Notes: generated by a model from the sequence alone, not told the origin. Counted from the first letter of the stretch, positions 40,395 through 50,912 are shown. The stretch is 64,000 bases of DNA from an uncultured Clostridium sp. (GCA_947244325.1 CAMXJY010000003.1:267-64266), one strand, 5' to 3'. Translations and numbers: made by a program.

Positions 40395-40442
40395 ATTTAC
40401 AATTTAAAAGAGAAGCTACAAAATCAAACGTAGCTTCTCTCC
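40395..40442 (-). terminator. Rho-independent terminator of the rpsF-ssb-rpsR operon
   Basis: The 11-bp stem AGAGAAGCTAC / GTAGCTTCTCT is followed by a T-rich tract on minus. Confidence 0.7.
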
Positions 40443-40463
40443 ATTTTATATAAACCATATAAA

Positions 40464-40745
40464 TTAGTCTTGTGTATATGGTATGATTGCAATATGTCTT
40501 GCTCTTTTAACTGTTGTTGTAATTTCTCTTTGATGTTTAGCGCAAGCGCCTGTTGCTCTTCTTGGTAATATTTTACCTTTTTCGTTGATAAATTTCTTTA
40601 ATTGATCAGCGTTTTTATAATCTAATACAAAGTTTTTATCATTACATAATGCACAAACTTTTTTTCTTATTTTTCTAAACTTTGGATTAAAATCATCATC
40701 TTGATTATTTCTATTGTTTCTTTTATTTTGTTTTTTATCAGCCAT
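40464..40745 (-). CDS. rpsR: 30S ribosomal protein S18
   Basis: The C-terminal [34 protein letters not shown] is the S18 signature. Confidence 0.9.
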   Translation of the reverse strand: MADKKQNKRNNRNNQDDDFNPKFRKIRKKVCALCNDKNFVLDYKNADQLKKFINEKGKILPRRATGACAKHQREITTTVKRARHIAIIPYTQD

Positions 40746-40785
40746 TTCAAATCCTCCAATCTTCTAACTTTATATATTAATTAAA

Positions 40786-41208
40786 TTAGAATGGTAAATC
40801 GTCATCAGATGAAGTAACTTGGAATTCAGCACTTTGTGTAACTGCCTCTCCAAATGTATCTTCAAAACTTCCTGAGCTTTCCCCATCTCTTTTACTATCT
40901 GCAAAATATGCTTCTTCAGCAACTACTTCTGTAACATAATGTTTTTGTCCTTGGTCATCATCCCAAGTTCTTGTTTGAATTCTTCCAACTATACCAACTT
41001 GTTGACCTTTTTTAAAGTATTTGCTACAAAATTCTCCAGTTTTACTCCAAGCTACAATATTTATAAAATCTGCTTGTCTTTCTTCACCTTGTCTTGCAAA
41101 TCTTCTATTAACTGCTAAACTAAATGAAGCTACTAGAGTATTGTTTGTTTGAGTATATCTTACTTCTGGGTCTTTTGTTAATCTACCCATTAAAATTACT
41201 TTGTTCAT
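40786..41208 (-). CDS. ssb: Single-stranded DNA-binding protein
   Basis: It has the OB-fold start MNKVILMGRLTKDPEVRYT and an acidic C-terminal tail ending DDDLPF. Confidence 0.95.
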   Translation of the reverse strand: MNKVILMGRLTKDPEVRYTQTNNTLVASFSLAVNRRFARQGEERQADFINIVAWSKTGEFCSKYFKKGQQVGIVGRIQTRTWDDDQGQKHYVTEVVAEEAYFADSKRDGESSGSFEDTFGEAVTQSAEFQVTSSDDDLPF

Positions 41209-41228
41209 TTGGTTTCCACCTTTCTTTT

Positions 41229-41516
41229 CTATTCTTCGTCTTTTCTTACAACGATGAATTTCATTACTTCGTCTGTAATTCTGTATACTCTTTCAAGTTC
41301 AGCTATTAAACCTGGTGCAGCTTCAAAGTTAATTAATACATATATACCTTCTGAATTTTTTTTGATTTCATAGGCTAATCTTTTCTTTCCTAACTCTTCT
41401 ACTGACTCAACTTTTCCGTCATTATTAATAATGTCTGAAAATTTTTGAGTTAATTCTTTAACTCCTGCGTCTTCAACATTTGGATTAATAATGAATACTG
41501 TTTCGTATTTATTCAT
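41229..41516 (-). CDS. rpsF: 30S ribosomal protein S6
   Basis: MNKYETVFIINPNV... at 95 aa. Confidence 0.9.
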   Translation of the reverse strand: MNKYETVFIINPNVEDAGVKELTQKFSDIINNDGKVESVEELGKKRLAYEIKKNSEGIYVLINFEAAPGLIAELERVYRITDEVMKFIVVRKDEE

Positions 41517-41640
41517 TATCTTTCACCTCCTTCTGGATATTAAACCCATATTTTAAATATGAGTAAGGATATAAATAGTTCATTTTTTACAAACCATTTA
41601 TTGTATAAAAATAACTTTGCTATTTTTACACTCGAATATT

Positions 41641-41679
41641 TTAACACACTTTTTCTTTTTTGACAAGTGTTTTATATTA
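41641..41679 (-). promoter_or_regulatory. Sigma-A promoter of the rpsF operon (TTGTCA-17-TAAAAT on the minus strand)
   Basis: I read the minus strand by reverse complement. A near-consensus promoter lies about 120 nt upstream of the rpsF start. Confidence 0.45.
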
Positions 41680-41763
41680 TTAAAAATTTTATTTTTGATT
41701 CATTTGTGATAATGTCTTAATTTAATAAAAATTCTATTTCTAATTCTATATACACTCCATAAT

Positions 41764-42192
41764 TTATTTATACTCTTCTAAATCAATTTTTTCATAGTTC
41801 AATTTTCTAGTATAAATCTTTTCATTATTATTTTTTACACCTTCATAATAGTATATTGTATGGCTTTGCTCATTTATAATATAGAAATCTTTTTCTCCTA
41901 AATTTCTTCGTCCATAATATATATTCAAATTCTCTAATTTCTCTAAATCTATTTCATAATAATTATCATTATCATTTGGATTTATAGAATTTTCTTTAAA
42001 ATTAATCTTATCATTTTTTATTGGTATAAAACCATTATCTAAATAATACATTGATATTCTATCTTCTAAGATTTCAATATCTTTATACATATTACTTAAT
42101 CTATTAAGCTTTGAAGTAGAAATAGCTTGACTTATAATTATAAATAAAATTAGAAAAAGAATAGCTAATACAATTATACTTTTCTTGCTCAT
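41764..42192 (-). CDS. Hypothetical secreted or membrane-anchored protein (142 aa)
   Basis: It has an N-terminal signal or TM segment. I recognise no family. Confidence 0.4.
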   Translation of the reverse strand: MSKKSIIVLAILFLILFIIISQAISTSKLNRLSNMYKDIEILEDRISMYYLDNGFIPIKNDKINFKENSINPNDNDNYYEIDLEKLENLNIYYGRRNLGEKDFYIINEQSHTIYYYEGVKNNNEKIYTRKLNYEKIDLEEYK

Positions 42193-42302
42193 ATATTTCC
42201 TTTCAACATTAATTTATTTATATTTATAGCTTACTATTAAATTAATTTTATTGCAAGACTAAAAAAGTAAATGCAAAAAACATTTACCTTTAAATTTTTA
42301 CA

Positions 42303-42923
42303 TTAAATTACTCTTTTTATACTCTCTGATGCTTTCTTAAAAATATTATATTTATTTTCCTCAATATGATATAAATACCACAAATACACTATCAGTGCTA
42401 GAAGATATACATTTTTAACTTTAACTATTATAATACTATAAATAAAAGTAATTGCAAATAAAAAGCACTTACTAAAAACTATCATAAATTTATTTGAAGG
42501 TCCTATTCCTAAAATTACTCTCAAAATTTCTTTTAATATTTTTCCACCATCTAATGGCAAAATTGGTATAAGATTAAATATACAAATTGCTAAATTCGTA
42601 TATACTATTTTTTCATATTCATCTTTTAATCCACCTAAATACATAAAAATAAGTGCAATAAAAAAATTGATAAGTGGTCCTGCTAGATAAAATAATAGCT
42701 TATATATTAATTTATTTTTTCCATATGAATAAAATTCTAATGATACCCCTAATGGATTCAAATTTAATTTTCTTGGTTTTCCACCAATCATGATTCCTAC
42801 AAACAAATGAGCTAATTCATGAATTAATATGAATATAAAAAAAATTATGTATGTATCAATATTGTTTAACCATAAAAACAATATTAATACTGGAATTATT
42901 TTTAAGTTTATTTCTATTTTCAT
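42303..42923 (-). CDS. M50-family intramembrane metalloprotease (site-2 protease / SpoIVFB-like; short, no CBS domain)
   Basis: An HExxH motif (IHELAHLF) lies in the first TM. There are about 6 TM segments. It is immediately downstream of an M23 gene, as in spoIVFA-spoIVFB. Confidence 0.6.
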   Translation of the reverse strand: MKIEINLKIIPVLILFLWLNNIDTYIIFFIFILIHELAHLFVGIMIGGKPRKLNLNPLGVSLEFYSYGKNKLIYKLLFYLAGPLINFFIALIFMYLGGLKDEYEKIVYTNLAICIFNLIPILPLDGGKILKEILRVILGIGPSNKFMIVFSKCFLFAITFIYSIIIVKVKNVYLLALIVYLWYLYHIEENKYNIFKKASESIKRVI

Positions 42924-42934
42924 GTTTTGCCTTT

Positions 42935-43777
42935 CTAAAAACTTAATATTTGTAAGGGGTCTACAAATCTGTCATCTACTCTTATTTCAAAATGTAAATG
43001 TGGTCCTGTGCTATTTCCTGTATTCCCTACAGCTCCTATTTCTTGTCCTTGTGCTACAATTTGTCCCTCTTTTACAAATATTTCTGAGCAATGCGCATAT
43101 AGAGTAGTAACATTATTACATCTTATTTTTATATGTTTTCCATAATCTCCTTCATTTGATACAAGTGTTACTATTCCTTCCATAGAAGCTTTTATTCCTG
43201 TTCCTTTTGGAGCTGCTAAATCTACTCCTGTATGATATCCTGTTACATTTTGATATTCAGATTCTCTTGCTCCAAATCCAGAACTTACAACTGCTTCTAA
43301 TGGTTTAACGAAACTATATGCTGCTTTTAAATTATTTATATCTAATTGCATTTCATTCATAGAACTACTAATTTCTTGCACTGGTTGTTCTTGCGGTAAT
43401 TCTTCTTGTTGTTCTGTAATTTTTGTCTCTTGATTTTCAAGTGAACTATCTAATGCTGCCTCATTATTTTTCTCTTCTACACCATCTCCTTTTTCAGAAT
43501 CTTTCAAAAATTCAGTTATTTTTGCACTAATATCTACGTTATATTGTTTTATTTGTGATAAAAATTCCTCAGTAAATATATACTCTTTATTTTGAATAGC
43601 AAATACAAGAACTGCTAAATTAAACATTATTAATAAATGTAGTAAAAATCTATTTTTTAGACCACCTTTTTCTTTTGGTTCCTGTTTTTTCACTAAACCT
43701 AAATTTTGCCCATTTCTTCTATAATAGATTTCTTCTGCTCTTCTTATTTTTTCATCATCATTTAAAATTCTTTCCAA
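42935..43777 (-). CDS. Membrane-anchored M23/LytM peptidase (SpoIVFA-like position). The catalytic HxH is retained
   Basis: It has an N-terminal TM and an acidic linker. The LytM domain carries HTGVDL...GPHLHFEI. Confidence 0.7.
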   Translation of the reverse strand: MERILNDDEKIRRAEEIYYRRNGQNLGLVKKQEPKEKGGLKNRFLLHLLIMFNLAVLVFAIQNKEYIFTEEFLSQIKQYNVDISAKITEFLKDSEKGDGVEEKNNEAALDSSLENQETKITEQQEELPQEQPVQEISSSMNEMQLDINNLKAAYSFVKPLEAVVSSGFGARESEYQNVTGYHTGVDLAAPKGTGIKASMEGIVTLVSNEGDYGKHIKIRCNNVTTLYAHCSEIFVKEGQIVAQGQEIGAVGNTGNSTGPHLHFEIRVDDRFVDPLQILSF

Positions 43778-43905
43778 AAAAATACACCTCTCTTACATGT
43801 TTTAAATATATTCATGCAAGAAAGGTTTATACCTATTTATTAAATATTTTATTATTTATTTTTGATTTTTGTTTTTAATAACGAAAGTGTGAAATATAAA
43901 TTATC

Positions 43906-44217
43906 CTATAGCAAACATTTTCCTACAATATAAATAATCACTCCAACTACTAACATTATATTAATTGTTTTTGAGACTTTAATCTTTTTTTCTAACTCTT
44001 TTATTTTAAATTTTTCGTATTCTATATTTGATTTATTAAGTTTTTCATTTACTATTAATTCTGCTTCTTTAAAAATATTAATATTTTTATTTTCGCTTTT
44101 TTCGTTTTTAAGTTGATGCATTTTTACACCTTCTTTAAGTACTATAAACGCCTCTTCAATGACATTTGACTCAACATCTTTCAAAAAAATTATATTATTT
44201 AATTTATTAAGTTGCAT
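43906..44217 (-). CDS. Hypothetical protein with a C-terminal TM (103 aa)
   Basis: ORF only. Confidence 0.3.
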   Translation of the reverse strand: MQLNKLNNIIFLKDVESNVIEEAFIVLKEGVKMHQLKNEKSENKNINIFKEAELIVNEKLNKSNIEYEKFKIKELEKKIKVSKTINIMLVVGVIIYIVGKCLL

Positions 44218-44507
44218 ACTCTCTCCTAAAACTTTTCATTAAATTTATTTAATAAAATCTGACAATACTTTTTATTAAATATAAAATAAAAAAATAATAA
44301 TAAATTTGCATACATGTATAATTACTAAAAATCTAAGCATTTTTTACTAATTATATAATTTCCAAAAATATGTAAAATATGCAAGTTATAATAATTTTTA
44401 TTTTGAATACATTTTAATATATATTGATACTCACTTATATATTTTTATAAATATATTAAGTGCAAAACAAAAGTGAGCAATATTAAATTTGAAAGGATTT
44501 TATAACT

Positions 44508-44744
44508 ATGAATTACAAAAAAGGATTAGATTTTAAACATAAAGAAGTTATTAATATAAAAGACGGCAGACGTCTTGGATATGTTCAAGATGTAACTGCC
44601 GACTTTAAAACAGGAAATATAAAAGAGATTATAGTTCCTGGTAATACAAACTTTTTTAATATTTTCGCATCAGGTAGTGAACTTACAATTCCTTGGGATT
44701 CTATAAAAGTAATTGGTGAAGATATAATTTTAGTGGATTTTTAA
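44508..44744 (+). CDS. ymxH: YlmC/YmxH-family sporulation protein (PRC-barrel)
   Basis: It is 78 aa. KDGRRLGYVQDVTADFKTGNIKEIIVPG matches the YlmC/YmxH PRC-barrel signature. Confidence 0.7.
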   Translation: MNYKKGLDFKHKEVINIKDGRRLGYVQDVTADFKTGNIKEIIVPGNTNFFNIFASGSELTIPWDSIKVIGEDIILVDF

Positions 44745-44746
44745 GT

Positions 44747-45520
44747 TTACTTATACAATCTTTTCATATGTTCTAATGCTGTTTTCTCAAGCCTTGACAC
44801 TTGGGCTTGAGAAATTCCTATTTCATCAGCTACTTCCATTTGTGTTCTTCCTAAGAAAAATCTTTTATCTATTATCATTCTTTCCTTATCATTTAATTTT
44901 TTTAAAGCTTCATTCATAGTTATATTTTCCGCCCATAATTCATCTGTATTTTTCTTATCTTTTACTTGGTCCATAATATAAAGACTATCCGCTCCATCAT
45001 TATATACTGGTTCTTGAAGTGATACTGGATCTTGTATTGCATCTAAACTTAGTACAATGTCTTCTTTTTCTACATCTAATTCTTTTGCAATTTCTTCTAC
45101 TGTTGGCTCTTTTCCATTTTCTCTTGATAACTTTTCTTTTGCTTGCAAAACTTTATAAGCCAAATCCCTAACTGACCTACTTACTCTTACCATATTATTA
45201 TCTCTTAAATATCTTCTTATTTCTCCAATTATCATAGGCACACCATAAGTAGATAATTGTATATCTAAACTAGTATCAAAATTATCTATTGCTTTTATTA
45301 ATCCTACACAACCAACTTGGAAAAGGTCATCTGCATTTTCTCCTCTTCCGCAAAATCTCTGAATTACACTCAATACTAATCTTAAATTTCCATTTATTAA
45401 TTTTTCTCTGGCTTCTCTATCTCCTTCGTTCATCTTTTTAAATAGTTCTTTTGTTTCTTCTTGTGTTAATACTTGTAATTTAGAGGTGTTTACATTTGCT
45501 ATCTCAACTCTATTAATCAA
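44747..45520 (-). CDS. sigG: Sporulation sigma factor SigG
   Basis: NVNTSKLQVL...AREKLINGNLRLVLSVIQRF..RGENADDLFQVGCVGLIKAIDNFD...STYGVPMIIGEIRRYLRDN matches SigG nearly residue for residue. Length is 257 aa. Confidence 0.9.
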   Translation of the reverse strand: MINRVEIANVNTSKLQVLTQEETKELFKKMNEGDREAREKLINGNLRLVLSVIQRFCGRGENADDLFQVGCVGLIKAIDNFDTSLDIQLSTYGVPMIIGEIRRYLRDNNMVRVSRSVRDLAYKVLQAKEKLSRENGKEPTVEEIAKELDVEKEDIVLSLDAIQDPVSLQEPVYNDGADSLYIMDQVKDKKNTDELWAENITMNEALKKLNDKERMIIDKRFFLGRTQMEVADEIGISQAQVSRLEKTALEHMKRLYK

Positions 45521-45594
45521 AATAAAACCTCCTCTTGAAAATAATGTTATTTACATTATTTCCAAAAGAAGGCTATTTTATACTAAATTATAAG

Positions 45595-47598
45595 TTAATC
45601 TTCTTGAATTTCTGTTTGTTTTAATCTTAAATGTCCAAGTTCTTCCCATCTGTTATATGCCAAGTTTAATCTAAATAAAACTGTTGGTTTTGCACCAGCC
45701 CTATTTTTATCTACAACACATGCATAAAATCTAACATCTGTATCCTTTGGAACGTCTATCTCTGAGCATTTTTCAAATTGGTCAGTATCTGAATATTCAT
45801 ATTTATGAAGGCTTTGTCTGCTGATTTGTTTTATTAAACATAATGTATCTAAAACTTCTTTTGCAGTTTTACTTGCAGACATATCATTAATAGTTAAATT
45901 TACTGGTAATGTACTACTTTCCAATAACTGCATTGATGATGCTATAAATATTTTAAATTTTTGTGCTAAATTTGAAAGAATAGTTGCTGTTTTTTTAACT
46001 TCATCACTGTTACCAATATTAGCTGTATCAGCTTTTAAAGTATCATAGAACATATAATGTATTCCTTCTTTGTAATAGTAATTCATTATAATTTTTCTTA
46101 AATCATCATTAGTATGTTCTGTTATATGAATAAAGAAAATCGAATTATTTACTTGTGTATTTACCCATTCTGTTACTTTTAAAGTTTGTCTAAAATCACT
46201 AGAATTTTTTTCAAGTCTTGCTACATATTCCTCTTGTGATTCTCCATCTTTTCTAAGTATATATCCATTTTCATCACATTTAACTTTTTTATTTTTATCT
46301 GGTCTAAATTTAAGCTCTAAAAGTTCTCCTTCTGATATTTTTATTTTTTGACCATGAAGTTCTTGTATTTCAGGATTATTTAAAATTGTAGTTATCATAC
46401 ATAATTTCATTTTTTCTTCTGACATTTCATTTGAAATAATTAAAACTTTTTCTTTATGAATAAATGAAATATATGCTGCTAAGTTAATTGTAAACCTACT
46501 TTTACCAGAGTTTGAAGGCATTGCATAACACATTGTTTCTCCTCTTCTTAGTCCTTTAAACACCGTAGATAAAATATTAAATGGGATTGAAATACCATTA
46601 CTTAGCTCATTATCTCCTGCAAGTAAAAAGCTTGTTACATCTTTATTTAATCTTCCTTGACTAAGTCCAGTAGTAACTGTTATTTGTTCTAGTGCACTTT
46701 CAACTTCTTCTACTGTCATATCATCATATAATTCATAATTTTGTATCTCTAATATTTTTTGTCTTATTGCTGAAGTAGGTGCAATCATATAATTTTTCTT
46801 TAAAATAAATAGCTTTTTTAATTCAATATAAACATTTTCTAAATTATAATTTTTAGCCACTGCTATTTTTCTAACTTTTAATTTTAAATCATAAGTATTT
46901 GGTGTTTCTCTTGGTAATTGATATTTATCTTTTGCTGCTGCAGGAGCATAAGCCTCTCCATCTCTAAAAATTACAATTTTATATAAATTCATTAATTCAT
47001 TATCTGAAAAATGACAATCATCATATAAGAAATAAAATCTTGATATAGCTTTTGGATTATTAAATAATAACCCCAAATATATACATTCAAGTTCAATATC
47101 AATTAATTCATCTGGATATCCGTTTCCATCATCTTCTGAATCGTCATCATCTTCGTACTCTTCGTCTTCTTCTGTATCTTCATATTCCTCATCATCGCCA
47201 TCTTCGTACTCTTCGTCTTCTTCTATATCTTCATATTCCTCATCATCGCCATCTTCGTACTCTTCGTCTTCTTCTGTATCTTCATATTCCTCATCATCAT
47301 CATCTTCGTACTCTTCGTCTTCTTCTATATCTTCATATTCTGCATCATCGTCTTCGTACTCTTCGTCTTCTTCTATATCTTCATATTCTGCATCATCATC
47401 TTCGTATTCTTCGTCTTCTTCTGTATCTTCATATTCCTCATCGTCCTCGTACTCTTCATCTTCTTCTACATCTTCATATTCTGCATCATCATCTATTTCT
47501 TCTAATTCGCTCATATCTAGTTCTTCAATATCATCTTCTTCTACTTTTTTACGTTTCTTATTCATTTCTTCTTTTGAATCCAAAGTTATTCCCTCCAT
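45595..47598 (-). CDS. Divergent DnaB-family (RecA-like P-loop) helicase homolog with an N-terminal polyacidic EYED tandem-repeat domain
   Basis: Residues of about 36-160 form about 7 tandem 16-17-aa repeats (EYEDxEEDEEYEDDDA). The C-terminal part has a DnaB N-domain-like IELECIYLGLLFNNPKAI and a Walker-A-like AMPSNSGKSRFTINLA. It has ISNEMSEEKM (compare FSLEMS), ISRQSL (compare ISRSLK) and the C-terminal VVDKNRAGAKPTVLFRL (compare the VAKQRNGPTGTV motif). The usual Walker B aspartate is not obvious. Confidence 0.6.
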   Translation of the reverse strand: MEGITLDSKEEMNKKRKKVEEDDIEELDMSELEEIDDDAEYEDVEEDEEYEDDEEYEDTEEDEEYEDDDAEYEDIEEDEEYEDDDAEYEDIEEDEEYEDDDDEEYEDTEEDEEYEDGDDEEYEDIEEDEEYEDGDDEEYEDTEEDEEYEDDDDSEDDGNGYPDELIDIELECIYLGLLFNNPKAISRFYFLYDDCHFSDNELMNLYKIVIFRDGEAYAPAAAKDKYQLPRETPNTYDLKLKVRKIAVAKNYNLENVYIELKKLFILKKNYMIAPTSAIRQKILEIQNYELYDDMTVEEVESALEQITVTTGLSQGRLNKDVTSFLLAGDNELSNGISIPFNILSTVFKGLRRGETMCYAMPSNSGKSRFTINLAAYISFIHKEKVLIISNEMSEEKMKLCMITTILNNPEIQELHGQKIKISEGELLELKFRPDKNKKVKCDENGYILRKDGESQEEYVARLEKNSSDFRQTLKVTEWVNTQVNNSIFFIHITEHTNDDLRKIIMNYYYKEGIHYMFYDTLKADTANIGNSDEVKKTATILSNLAQKFKIFIASSMQLLESSTLPVNLTINDMSASKTAKEVLDTLCLIKQISRQSLHKYEYSDTDQFEKCSEIDVPKDTDVRFYACVVDKNRAGAKPTVLFRLNLAYNRWEELGHLRLKQTEIQED
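47118..47493 (-). repeat. In-frame tandem DNA repeat (period about 48-51 nt, about 7 copies) encoding the polyacidic EYED array
   Basis: TCTTCGTACTCTTCGTCTTCTTCT(A/G)TATCTTCATATTCCTCATCATC... recurs on the plus strand. Confidence 0.8.
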
Positions 47599-47687
47599 TT
47601 TTCAAATTTACTTATATTATCTCATTATTATGTAATTTTATTTTATCCTTAATTAATTTTATTTACAATATATTTAATATAAATGTA

Positions 47688-47747
47688 ATAAAAAGAAGTT
47701 CTCTATCAAATGTCTATATAACATTGATTTTGAACTTCTTTTTTATA
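47688..47747. terminator. Hairpin with flanking A-runs and T-runs downstream of sigE (AAGAAGTTC ... GAACTTCTT, 30-nt loop)
   Basis: A 9-bp perfect inverted repeat separates sigE from the DnaB-like gene. Confidence 0.45.
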
Positions 47748-47820
47748 AATTAAAAAACATTATGCCTAACTTATTTCATACTCTAGCTGTAACATATAAA
47801 GCTTTTATTTTCATACCACT

Positions 47821-48555
47821 TTAGCCTGTTTTACTCATAATTTCTTTTTTCATTTTATTCATAATTTTTTTCTCTAATCTTGAAATATAACTCTGAGATA
47901 TTCCAAGCATATCCGCTACTTCTTTTTGCGTCTTTTCTTTTTCATTAGTTTCTATTCCAAATCGTAATTGCATAATATATTTTTCTCTTTTATCTAGTTT
48001 ACTTATTGCTATTTTAAGTAATGACATATCTACTTCATCTTCAATAGCTTTTGAAGTTATATCATTATCTGTTCCTAATATATCTGATAACAATAATTCA
48101 TTTCCATCGCCATCTTTATTTAATGGCTCATCTATTGAAACTTCATTCTTGATTTTTGTATTGCGTCTAAGCTGCATTAGAATTTCATTTTCTATACATC
48201 TTGACGCATATGTTGCAAGTTTAATATTTTTGTCTACGTTAAAGGTATTTATTGCTTTCATTAAACCTATTGTTCCAATTGAGATTAAATCTTCAAAATC
48301 TATTCCTGTATTTTCAAACTTTTTAGCTATATATACAACAAGTCTCAAATTTCTTTCTACTAATATTTGTTTTGCATCTTCATCATTTAACATTAATTTT
48401 TGAAGCAATTTTTCCTCTTCAATTATGTCAAGAGGTGGTGGCAATGTTTGACTTCCTTTTATATAAAAAACAGGAAATTTATCCGTAACATCTCTTCTAA
48501 AATACTTTCCTATAATTTTCTTAAATCTACTTTTAAGCATTTCTAGCAAATTCAT
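47821..48555 (-). CDS. sigE: Sporulation sigma factor SigE (pro-sigma-E)
   Basis: The pro-sequence is followed by [12 protein letters not shown]...[61 protein letters not shown], nearly identical to B. subtilis SigE. Confidence 0.9.
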   Translation of the reverse strand: MNLLEMLKSRFKKIIGKYFRRDVTDKFPVFYIKGSQTLPPPLDIIEEEKLLQKLMLNDEDAKQILVERNLRLVVYIAKKFENTGIDFEDLISIGTIGLMKAINTFNVDKNIKLATYASRCIENEILMQLRRNTKIKNEVSIDEPLNKDGDGNELLLSDILGTDNDITSKAIEDEVDMSLLKIAISKLDKREKYIMQLRFGIETNEKEKTQKEVADMLGISQSYISRLEKKIMNKMKKEIMSKTG

Positions 48556-49444
48556 TTTTCTTTCCCTCCTTATTTAAAATATCCAAACCAATTAGACTTG
48601 TATATAAATTATTTTTAGATAACTTACCATCATAAATTCCTATTAAAACATCGTCTCTAATACATTCCTCTTCACCATATACTTTTATGTAATCTGGTTT
48701 AAAACCTATTAACAAGCCATTATCATTTCCTAAAGATGAAAACGGTATTAACTTAAATTTATATGAATGTACACTTTCTGCTTCTATCCATTTTCCATTT
48801 AAAATAGCTTTTATATCTTTCAAAATTTCTTTTTGCACTATTCCTTCTAAGCTCTCTTTTTCAACTATAATTACATCTGTTTTACTTATTGGCTCTTTTA
48901 ACAAATTTCCAGTATCAATCATTGTTTTTATTTTTCTATTTTTTCCATTATAGAAAATTTCTAAGTCATATATCATAGATTTTTTACTTAACCTACTTTT
49001 TATAGTTTTTTCTACTATAAATATTACTAAAAATCCCACTCCTCCTGCCAAAACTGCAATTTTTAATGGATAAGTTCCTACAAAATGATTACTTTCTATT
49101 ATTATATTTTGTGGTTTAATAAAAAATAACAACATAAATGCAATTCCACCAAAAGTAAATGACACTAAATAGAAAAATACTAATTGCCTTAATAATTTCT
49201 TTATTTTATAATCTTTAAATGCTATCAACATCATCAATATAGATATTAGTACTTTTAATATTATGCTTGAGATTAAATTAAATTCTATAATATAATTTAA
49301 AATTGCAAATATTCCACCTATAATACTAGATATCATGATTTTTATTGTACTAATTCTTGATTTACTTATTATTGCTGTTGATAAAATTATTATGTAATTT
49401 AAAATAATGTTTTCAAAAAGCACTATATCCAAATATATAGTCAT
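48533..49444 (-). CDS. spoIIGA: Sigma-E processing peptidase SpoIIGA (membrane aspartic protease)
   Basis: It has five N-terminal TM helices. The C-terminal domain has an IDTGN-type aspartic motif ([11 protein letters not shown]). It overlaps the sigE start, as in spoIIG operons. Confidence 0.8.
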   Translation of the reverse strand: MTIYLDIVLFENIILNYIIILSTAIISKSRISTIKIMISSIIGGIFAILNYIIEFNLISSIILKVLISILMMLIAFKDYKIKKLLRQLVFFYLVSFTFGGIAFMLLFFIKPQNIIIESNHFVGTYPLKIAVLAGGVGFLVIFIVEKTIKSRLSKKSMIYDLEIFYNGKNRKIKTMIDTGNLLKEPISKTDVIIVEKESLEGIVQKEILKDIKAILNGKWIEAESVHSYKFKLIPFSSLGNDNGLLIGFKPDYIKVYGEEECIRDDVLIGIYDGKLSKNNLYTSLIGLDILNKEGKKNEFARNA

Positions 49445-49699
49445 TTTTCATTTTATTTTGCCTTAAAATATTCTATTAATAAAATTCGGAAATCTTTTAT
49501 TAGAATATATAAAGAACTTTACTAATAATTAACTTGTATTTTATTATTTTAAAATTGGCAAATCCTTTCTTTAAATGTCTATATTTATTTTAGTACTATC
49601 TATATAAAAATACTGTCATTTTCTAGGGGAGAAAAAAAGAAATAATCTACATTTTCTTTTTAGTGTTGACAAAATTATTATATTTTTATTTATAAAATG

Positions 49700-49735
49700 C
49701 AAAAAAAGAGTGCTAACAAACTTGTTAACACTCAA
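49700..49735 (-). terminator. Rho-independent terminator of ftsZ (GAGTGCTAACAA / TTGTTAACACTC)
   Basis: A 12-bp stem with one mismatch is followed by a T7 run on the minus strand. Confidence 0.7.
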
Positions 49736-49754
49736 CTTTTAAATTCTTAATATA

Positions 49755-50912
49755 TTATTTATTTCCTAAACCTTTATTTTTTCTTAAAAATGTAGGAATA
49801 TCTAAATCTCCATTAGAGTCATTTGATGATGAGCTTGATGAGCTAACTGAAGATATACTGCTTGTATTTCTCTTTCTCCAAGCATCTGCTACTATATTCT
49901 CATATTGTGAAGATGATGTTGTTGTAGTTGTTTGTCTTTTTTCTTCTTCTTTTTCAAATCCAGTAGCTATAACTGTAATTTGAATTTCATCTCCCATTGA
50001 ATCATCTATTACTGTACCAAAGATTATATTTGCTTCTGGGTCTGCACTTCTTTGTACTAATTCTGCTGCTGTATTTGCTTCATGTAATCCCATATCGCTT
50101 CCACCAGTGATATTGATGATTATTCCTCTTGCTCCTTCTATTGATGTTTCTAATAATGGACTTTGAATTGCTTGTTTTGCAGCATCTTCTGCTCTATTTT
50201 CTCCACTAGCACAACCAATTCCCATATGTGCCATACCTTGATTTAACATTATTGTTCTAACATCTGCAAAGTCTAGGTTAATTACACCTGGTACAGATAT
50301 TAAATCAGAAATACCTTGAACACCTTGTCTTAAAACATCATCTGCCATTCTGAAAGCTTCTATCATTGATGTTTTTCTATCTATTACTTGTAGTAATTTA
50401 TCATTTGGGATAACTACTAAAGTATCTACTTTACCTTTAAGGCTTGCTACTCCACGTTCAGCTTGAGCTAATCTTTTTTTACCTTCAAAAGTAAATGGTT
50501 TTGTTACAACACCTATTGTTAAAATTCCCATTTCTTTTGCTGTAGAAGCTACTATTGGTGCTGCACCTGTACCTGTTCCTCCACCCATTCCGGCTGTAAC
50601 AAATACCATATCTGCTCCTTTTAATACTTCTGCAATTTCTGCTCTACTTTCTTCAGCAGCTTGAGATCCGATATCTGGATTAGCTCCAGCTCCTAAACCT
50701 CTTGTTAATTTTTCACCTATTTGAATTTTAGAATTAGCTTTTGACTCATTAAGAGTTTGTCTATCTGTATTAACTGCTATAAATTCAACATTTCTTATTC
50801 CTGCCTCTATCATTCTGTTTACTGCGTTGTTTCCAGCGCCTCCAACTCCTATAACTTTAATTGTTGCTGTTCCATCCATCATGTAGTTTAACTCATTCTC
50901 ATCCATTATCAT
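49755..50912 (-). CDS. ftsZ: Cell division GTPase FtsZ
   Basis: [17 protein letters not shown] and the tubulin signature [10 protein letters not shown] are present, with a Ser-rich C-terminal linker. Confidence 0.95.
   Translation of the reverse strand: MIMDENELNYMMDGTATIKVIGVGGAGNNAVNRMIEAGIRNVEFIAVNTDRQTLNESKANSKIQIGEKLTRGLGAGANPDIGSQAAEESRAEIAEVLKGADMVFVTAGMGGGTGTGAAPIVASTAKEMGILTIGVVTKPFTFEGKKRLAQAERGVASLKGKVDTLVVIPNDKLLQVIDRKTSMIEAFRMADDVLRQGVQGISDLISVPGVINLDFADVRTIMLNQGMAHMGIGCASGENRAEDAAKQAIQSPLLETSIEGARGIIINITGGSDMGLHEANTAAELVQRSADPEANIIFGTVIDDSMGDEIQITVIATGFEKEEEKRQTTTTTSSSQYENIVADAWRKRNTSSISSVSSSSSSSNDSNGDLDIPTFLRKNKGLGNK

Noticed and set aside
47118-47493. Periodic repeat that could be mistaken for a CRISPR array
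   Set aside because: The repeats are contiguous with no unique spacers, are in frame, and sit inside a long ORF encoding an acidic peptide array. There are no cas genes.
49445-49700. Spo0A boxes in the spoIIGA promoter region
   Set aside because: Only partial matches were found (TTCGGAA, TGTCATT, TTGACAA). No perfect TGTCGAA was found by eye, so I have not annotated one. A PWM scan is needed.
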